NCBI GenBank assembly: GCA_003647275.1
Contig: QMMN01000002.1
Coordinates: 21,726-85,725, forward strand
Direction: 5' to 3'
DNA from: Deltaproteobacteria bacterium
GTDB lineage: Bacteria; Desulfobacterota; Desulfobacteria; Desulfobacterales; C00003060
DNA length: 64,000 bases
In this document: piece by piece, positions 10,301 through 16,132 of the stretch
Numbering within the stretch: position 1 is the first letter of the stretch
Layout of the letters: the number at the start of each line of letters is the position of its first letter
Notes under the pieces: generated by a model
Told to the model about the DNA's origin: nothing
The model's input: the letters and a program-made list of their open reading frames with translations, nothing else
The model's database searches: none
Translations under genes and position numbers: made by a program

Positions 10301-11591
10301 ATTACACTTTCCCCAAACACCACAAAACGATGAATCTAACGACAAGTATGAAGACCTGTTTATCCAGCGTGTATTTCAGCTTAACAGCCTTATTGACCGA
10401 ATAAAACCTGACATCCTCCATGGTCATTACCTGACAGAGCGCTGCTGGTGGGGAGCACTCACGGGCTTTCAGCCCTATGTGCTCACATGTTGGGGGTCCG
10501 ATATATTTTTGGATACGAAACTTAACGATTTTAATCGGAGGTTTAGTGAGTTTTGTCTAAAGACAAGTCCCTTGGTCACAGCCGATTCCATGGATTTACT
10601 TCGGGCGTCCACAAACTTAAGAGGGTTTTCAGATGGTGTGAAATATATACCCTTTGGGATTGATGTGGAGCTGTTTAGACCGGGTCTTGATACCTCTTCT
10701 TTGGCCAAAAAATTAGGAATCAATGGATTAAGGGTTGTCCTCAGCCCCCGGCAGTTTAGACCTCCGGCCAATATAGACGTCCTCATAAAAGCGATTCCAA
10801 AGATCATATCCAAAATACCAAACACCGTTTTTATTTTAAAGAACTATCTAGGCGAAGGGACAGCCTATGAGGAATATAAAAAGTATCTTCATGACTTGGT
10901 CAAAGAACTTAATGTTGAGAGTCACGTCACCTTTATGGACAATGTGAGTTTTGATGAAATGCCTATCCTTTATAATCTTGCAGATGTGATGGTCACCTTG
11001 CGGGACACGGATGGCTCTTCCTGTTCCATGTTAGAATCTATGTCTTGTAAGACGCCGGTGGTAGCCAGTGACATTGAAAGCATGCGGGAATGGATTATGG
11101 ATGGGGAAAACGGAAGGATCGTTAACCAAAACGACCCAGATTCCGTCGCAGATGCCATTTCAGAAATATTACTGGATGATGAGAAAAGACGGAAATTCCA
11201 AGAAGCAAGCCATGCCATAGTTTGCCAGAAAGCAGATTATCGAAAAAACTGGCTTGAGATGGAACAGCTCTACTATGAGGTTAGTCAAAAGAGCATAGAG
11301 GGGCCCCTTTCAAGTGGTTTCCCAGATTCAGATATATCGATAATCTATGGGAATCTCCGAACAGGATGGCATTCTATCGCATCCCATAACCTTGATAAAG
11401 GGAGGGAGGCTTTTGCCAAGATACTGGAGGCTTCCCAGCTCACTGCGCACAGCTACATGAGGGCCTTAATTGGATTGGCAAGGATAGCTTGGATCAAAGG
11501 AGATACAAAGGAAGCTAAAGCCTATTACATGGGGTGTTTAAAACTTTTACAAGGCTTTGAGCTTGATACACGCCTGGACATCAAAGGATAG
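7341..11591 (+). CDS. Giant multi-domain glycosyltransferase: GT9 (heptosyltransferase-like) + GT2 + GT4 + C-terminal TPR
   Basis: 1416 aa.
- GT9 part, about aa 65-400: [65 protein letters not shown].
- GT2 part, about aa 608-830: [52 protein letters not shown].
- GT4 part, about aa 942-1310: [66 protein letters not shown].
- TPR-like tail: [25 protein letters not shown]. Confidence 0.8.
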   Translation: [1416 protein letters not shown]

Positions 11592-11786
11592 GGCATTTGC
11601 TATAACTTGGAAGGCAAATTGGAATTCACCATTATTAAGGACAAAGGCAGATTTAGAACGGAAAATCGTGAGACCCAGAGATTAGTCGCCTCTGAGACCA
11701 GGGCCAAGGAGATGATGAATTGGAAAGCACAAACACCCCTGAAGGAAGGCTTGGACAAAACAGCGGGTTGGATTCAAGGCCCCTGA
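11592..11786 (+). pseudogene. Remnant of the C-terminus of an NAD-dependent sugar epimerase/dehydratase (no start, about 64 codons)
   Basis: This stretch follows the stop of the 1416-aa ORF directly and in the same frame. It reads GICYNLEGKLEFTIIKDKGRFRTENRETQRLVASETRAKEMMNWKAQTPLKEGLDKTAGWIQGP*. The ..ETRAKEMMNWKAQTPLKEGLDKTAGWI tail matches the usual SDR epimerase/dehydratase C-terminus (D.SKA...LGW.P...L.EGL..T..W). No N-terminal Rossmann part is present. Confidence 0.6.
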
Positions 11787-11836
11787 AATCCAGTAAAACA
11801 CAAACCTTTGTCTACTGAGATTTAAGGAGAAGCACC

Positions 11837-12574
11837 ATGTTGGCAGTGATTATGGCCGGAGGAGAAGGTACGCGCCTTAGACCCTACACAAAGGTTATTC
11901 CCAAGCCTTTGCTCCCCGTTGGAGATAAACCCATTCTGGAAATTCTCATAAGGCAGCTTAGAAATGAAGGGTTCAATGATTTGATCATCACAACGGGCTA
12001 TCAAGGAGATCTCATAAAGGCATATTTCCAGAACGGATCAAAATTCGGGGTGCATATCAGATATACAACCGAAAAGATCAGGCTGGGAACCGCCGGCGCG
12101 CTCTCCCTCATTGATCGAACAATAAAAGAACCTTTCCTTGTCATCAATGGAGATATTCTGACTGATCTCAGCCTAAAAAAGTTCATGAGCACCCATGTCT
12201 CCGACAAAGCTACTCTGACGGTGGGTATCGTTAAGTTCAAATTAGATATCCCTTATGGCGTGGTGCAATCCAATGGAAAAATATTTGAAAGCATCGAGGA
12301 GAAACCACGATATTTTTTTGATGTTGGCGCTGGCATTTACGGGGCCGATCCGGGGCTCCTTGATTATCTTCCAAAGGCGCGCAGGATGGATTTCCCTGAA
12401 CTCATCAAGATGTTAAAGAAAAAAGGAGAAAAGGTGATATGCTTTGAGGTGGAGGAATACTGGAAGGATATAGGCATCATGGAGGATTTTGAAGCGGTTC
12501 ATAAGGACATCGAGAATTGGGATCAAGACCGTCTATATCACGTATTTCGTCAGGACTCATCCGAAGCACGCTGA
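11837..12574 (+). CDS. Sugar-phosphate nucleotidyltransferase (NTP_transferase family, HddC/PtmE-like)
   Basis: The N-terminus MLAVIMAGGEGTRLRPYTKVIPKPLLPVGDKPILE carries the G-G-x-G-T-R-L signature. Also LGTAGAL and FLVINGDILTD. An RBS (AAGGAGAAG) precedes the ATG. Confidence 0.85.
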   Translation: MLAVIMAGGEGTRLRPYTKVIPKPLLPVGDKPILEILIRQLRNEGFNDLIITTGYQGDLIKAYFQNGSKFGVHIRYTTEKIRLGTAGALSLIDRTIKEPFLVINGDILTDLSLKKFMSTHVSDKATLTVGIVKFKLDIPYGVVQSNGKIFESIEEKPRYFFDVGAGIYGADPGLLDYLPKARRMDFPELIKMLKKKGEKVICFEVEEYWKDIGIMEDFEAVHKDIENWDQDRLYHVFRQDSSEAR

Positions 12575-12576
12575 TT

Positions 12577-12816
12577 ATGGATAAACTTTCTTGCGTCAAG
12601 CCTGACCCCTTCAGAGGACGGAATTCAAGCCGTCTCCAATGCTATTCTGTCTGGATGGGTCAGTGAGGGGGAAATGGTCCGGAAATTTGAAAAGGTCATA
12701 GAGGATTATATTGTGCACATAGACTTTCAACGGAACCGTCGCCTTTCATGCAGCTTTTCTGCCCCCTTGATTTAGGCGCTGGAGACGAGGTCATTAGCCT
12801 GTCAGAAAAATTTTGA
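12577..12816 (+). pseudogene. Frameshifted, truncated N-terminal remnant of a DegT/DnrJ/EryC1-type sugar aminotransferase
   Basis: Three pieces sit in three different frames: ..EDGIQAVSNAILSGWVSEGEMVRKFEKVIEDYI.., ..NGTVAFHAAFLPP* and ..LDLGAGDEVISLS... Joined, they reproduce the conserved DegT N-terminus (..sgw...G..v..FE..fa.y.., sGTaALhlAl.al, g.GDEVi.ps). The homology stops at about 12816, just before the radical SAM gene. Confidence 0.65.
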
Positions 12817-12826
12817 GAAAGGTATC

Positions 12827-14128
12827 ATGAAAATCACCTTGGTGCAGCCTAGACCAGGTAAATATAACGCCACCTACGTTCACGAACCACTCAATCTTGG
12901 ATATCTGGCAAGTTATTTAAAGGAGCGAGGATTTGATGAGGTGGGTATCATCGTCTCCGCATTTTGGGAAGATGATAAGGAAATCGTTAAACGATGTAGG
13001 GAATCGGATGTGGTAGGTTTTACGGCTACGTCGCCTATGATGGCACATGCTCTCTCTCTGGCAAAGGACATAAAGGGGAAAGATCCGGAAATCATAACGG
13101 TTTTCGGTGGGCCTCATCCGACAATAGAGCCCGATGGGACCCTCCAGAATCCAGCTGTGGATTATGTAGTCCGAGGTGAAGGGGAACAAACTTTTCTGGA
13201 ATTGATTGAATCAATCGATGCGTGCCGTTCAACACTTAAAATCAAGGGGCTCTCCTTTAAAGATAGGCATGGTTGCATTATCCATAATCCGAGACGTCCG
13301 CTTATAAGTGACTTGGATGTCCTTCCCTTTCCAGACCGGGATTTGCTTGGTCAAGCTCGTTTCCTTGACATTGGCTATGAGAAGTACGGTGATCGCGGAG
13401 CATGGGTCTTATCCAGTAGGGGCTGCCCCTTCAGATGCACCTATTGCGCCTCCAACAAGGTTTGGACAAGGACTTGGCGCGCACGTTCACCTGAGAATAT
13501 CATTGTCGAGATAAGGTCCTTAAAATTACACTATAACGTTGATCGCATAAACTTTGCCGATGACACGTTTACTATTTCCAAAAAGAGGGTCGTGGATTTC
13601 TGCAAGAAAATGATGATAGAAAAACTGGACGTTGTGTGGGCATGCAATGCTCGGGTTGACACTGTGGACGCGGAGCTGTTTGCCCTGATGAAACGCGCCG
13701 GGTGTACTGAGGTGTGGATGGGCGTTGAAAGTGGTTCGACAAAGATTTTGAAAGAGATAAAAAAGGAAATTACGCCCAAACAGATCATAGAGGCATTTAA
13801 GGGAGCCAAGGCAGCTGGTTTAAAGAGACGTGGATATTTTATGATTGGATCAAGGAGTGAATCTCTTGAGACCATAAAACAGACCGAGGCTCTTGTTGAT
13901 GCCATAGAACCTGATCGGCTCGCTTTTAGCATTATGACCCCTTACCCAGGGTGTGAAGAATTTGAGCTCTGGAAGAAATACAGCGGAAACCACAAGATCG
14001 AATGGTCTGAGATAGACCTATTGGAGACCGAAGCGGTAATGATGGAAACCCGGTTTCTTTCTAAAGACGAATTGCGAGCTGAACACCGTAGGCTCAAGGA
14101 AAAATACGCTTCCATATGGCGGGTGTGA
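12827..14128 (+). CDS. B12-binding-domain radical SAM enzyme (class B type)
   Basis: The N-terminal B12-binding-like fold is MKITLVQPR..LNLGYLASYLKERGFDEV..VVGFTA. The radical SAM cluster motif is SSRGCPFRCTYCAS (CxxxCxxC). It is followed by elp3-like GVESGS. Confidence 0.85.
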   Translation: MKITLVQPRPGKYNATYVHEPLNLGYLASYLKERGFDEVGIIVSAFWEDDKEIVKRCRESDVVGFTATSPMMAHALSLAKDIKGKDPEIITVFGGPHPTIEPDGTLQNPAVDYVVRGEGEQTFLELIESIDACRSTLKIKGLSFKDRHGCIIHNPRRPLISDLDVLPFPDRDLLGQARFLDIGYEKYGDRGAWVLSSRGCPFRCTYCASNKVWTRTWRARSPENIIVEIRSLKLHYNVDRINFADDTFTISKKRVVDFCKKMMIEKLDVVWACNARVDTVDAELFALMKRAGCTEVWMGVESGSTKILKEIKKEITPKQIIEAFKGAKAAGLKRRGYFMIGSRSESLETIKQTEALVDAIEPDRLAFSIMTPYPGCEEFELWKKYSGNHKIEWSEIDLLETEAVMMETRFLSKDELRAEHRRLKEKYASIWRV

Positions 14129-14173
14129 GACCTTGATGTCTTCAACACGGCACAATATTTTCATATAACCTCG

Positions 14174-14250
14174 ATTGACCGGCCCGTGCCCCGCACGCGA
14201 AGCGCTGCCGTCAGCTAGAATCCCCGTCCGGAAGGGAGGGGAGGCTTCAC
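14174..14250 (+). repeat. Dispersed GC-rich intergenic repeat, family 1, copy 1
   Basis: attgaccggcccgtgccccgcacgcgaagcgctgccgtcagctagaatccccgtccggaagggaggggaggcttcac. The reverse complement of 35177-35255 aligns end to end, roughly 85-90% identical by eye with one small indel. It starts 46 bp after the radical SAM stop codon. Confidence 0.85.
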
Positions 14251-14414
14251 TCATGGATTTCAAAAAAGTTTTCAGACAGATTTTTTCGCTCACTTAAGGT
14301 AAAAAATCGCGCCCTTTAGATAATGGTTAGAAGCATCCTGAGACAGAGGCCAGCCCGAAGAAAATAGTTGTAGACTTTATGACGGTTGGACGTCGGGGTT
14401 ACAGAAGGAATTCA

Positions 14415-16058
14415 ATGAGCAACCAGACTCAAAACAAGAAAGCTTTGCCAAAGATTTCTCTTTGCATGATCGTGAAGAATGAAGAAGAGATGCTTCCAAA
14501 GTGTCTCAGCAGTGTTAAGCATTTTGTGGATGAAATCATTGTGGTGGACACGGGTTCAACCGATAGGACCGTTGACATAGCCCAGAGTTATGGCGCAAAG
14601 GTCTATCACCATCCCTGGGAGGATGACTTCAGCAAGCACCGAAACCAGTCCATTTCTTATGCCGCCGGAGATTGGATCTTCATTATGGATGCGGATGAGG
14701 CGTTAAGGCCTGGAGATGGCGTAAAGATTCGAGAGGCGATTTCACACCCTGAAATCGATAGTGTGATGGTTGTCGTGGTCAATTTTTTTAATCAGGGAAC
14801 AAGTCAGAGTTTATTCAATCAGGTGCGTTTGTTCAAAAGAGATCCAGCCATCTTTTACTCGGGCATTGTTCACAATCAGCTGACCGGATACCAGTCAACC
14901 GTGGCCTGTTCCGCACAGATCTATCACTATGGTTATGATTTGGGCCAGGAGAGGATGCAGGCAAAGTTTGTTCGTACTTCCTCTCTGCTAAAGAAAAGAA
15001 TAAAACAGGACCCTGAAAATTTTCGCCATTATCATGACCTCGCTGTCAGCTATTCCATGAACAGAATGTTCGATGAAGCTGTCTCGGCAGGTATCAAGGC
15101 GATTGAATTAGCCAAAAACACTGAAAAAAAAGGCGGGGTTCTGATTCTGTGGACCTACTTTATTGTGGCATCCTCGTTGCTGATACAGAGAGATTTTCAG
15201 GGGGCAGAGAAGTATGCCCTTGAGGCACTGAAAAGATTTCCTAACCATCTTGATTCCCATTTTATTCTTGTAATGGCTTATCACGGATTGAAGGATTGGG
15301 CCCGTGTGAAAGAGGTTTCCGATGACTATTTCAATCTTCTCAAGGCCGTGCAGGAGCACCCCGGTCGCTTTGGCTATATTGTCAACAATACCACTGGAGA
15401 AGCTTGGCGCGTTCATCTGGTTTTAGGAGATTATTACCTGGAACAAGGGGATGTTCATCGGTGTAAGGAGGCATTTGATCATGCTTTTTCCGGTGCGCCA
15501 GTGGCATTTGAATGCCTGAAGATTATTGCCGACAGTTATAAAAACCGATCCTTATGGAAGGAGGCCGCCTATTATTACCAGCAGGCCTTCAAGGAAAAGG
15601 GTGACTTTCTGGGGGCCTTGTTGGGTCTGGCCTTGGCAAAGAATCGCCTTGGTAAAAAGAGAGAGGCCATCCAATATTATGAAAGGGCTTTGGAATTAGA
15701 ACCTGATTCCATTGAGGCCCTGGTCAACTTGGGCGACCTTTACTGTGAACAAGGGGAGGAAGATCTTGCTCAAAAATTCTATGAGAAGGCCCTGGGCATT
15801 GAATCCAAACTCGTCAATGTTTCACTTCGGCTGGCTAACTTTTCCGTGCAAAATGGTGAACTTGAGAAATGCGTGAGCTATTGTGAAAATATTCTTGAAA
15901 GCCTTGGTCTGTCGTTCAACCGCCCACTGGAAAGCGTATCGGATTTGGCTGATCTCTTTTTGATTATTGGCCATGAGTTGGATAAATCTGGGAGGGATGA
16001 CCTGTTTAGGGAGGCCATGAAGGTCGCGTTAAATCTAAAACCAGAACTAATAGCATAG
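14415..16058 (+). CDS. GT2 glycosyltransferase with C-terminal TPR domain (paralogue 1)
   Basis: GT2 motifs are ISLCMIVKNEEEMLPKCLSSVKHFVDEIIVVDTGSTDRTVDIA, HHPWEDDFSKHRNQ and DWIFIMDADE. The C-terminal half is TPR repeats. ATG 14415 (RBS GAAGGA) is preferred over the ORF-track start at 14379. Confidence 0.85.
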   Translation: MSNQTQNKKALPKISLCMIVKNEEEMLPKCLSSVKHFVDEIIVVDTGSTDRTVDIAQSYGAKVYHHPWEDDFSKHRNQSISYAAGDWIFIMDADEALRPGDGVKIREAISHPEIDSVMVVVVNFFNQGTSQSLFNQVRLFKRDPAIFYSGIVHNQLTGYQSTVACSAQIYHYGYDLGQERMQAKFVRTSSLLKKRIKQDPENFRHYHDLAVSYSMNRMFDEAVSAGIKAIELAKNTEKKGGVLILWTYFIVASSLLIQRDFQGAEKYALEALKRFPNHLDSHFILVMAYHGLKDWARVKEVSDDYFNLLKAVQEHPGRFGYIVNNTTGEAWRVHLVLGDYYLEQGDVHRCKEAFDHAFSGAPVAFECLKIIADSYKNRSLWKEAAYYYQQAFKEKGDFLGALLGLALAKNRLGKKREAIQYYERALELEPDSIEALVNLGDLYCEQGEEDLAQKFYEKALGIESKLVNVSLRLANFSVQNGELEKCVSYCENILESLGLSFNRPLESVSDLADLFLIIGHELDKSGRDDLFREAMKVALNLKPELIA

Positions 16059-16132
16059 TGTCCATCTTACGAAGATTAATCATTTGAGGTGTGATTTCTA
16101 CTTGTCCGTTCGCTTAGACTGATAGACGAAGA

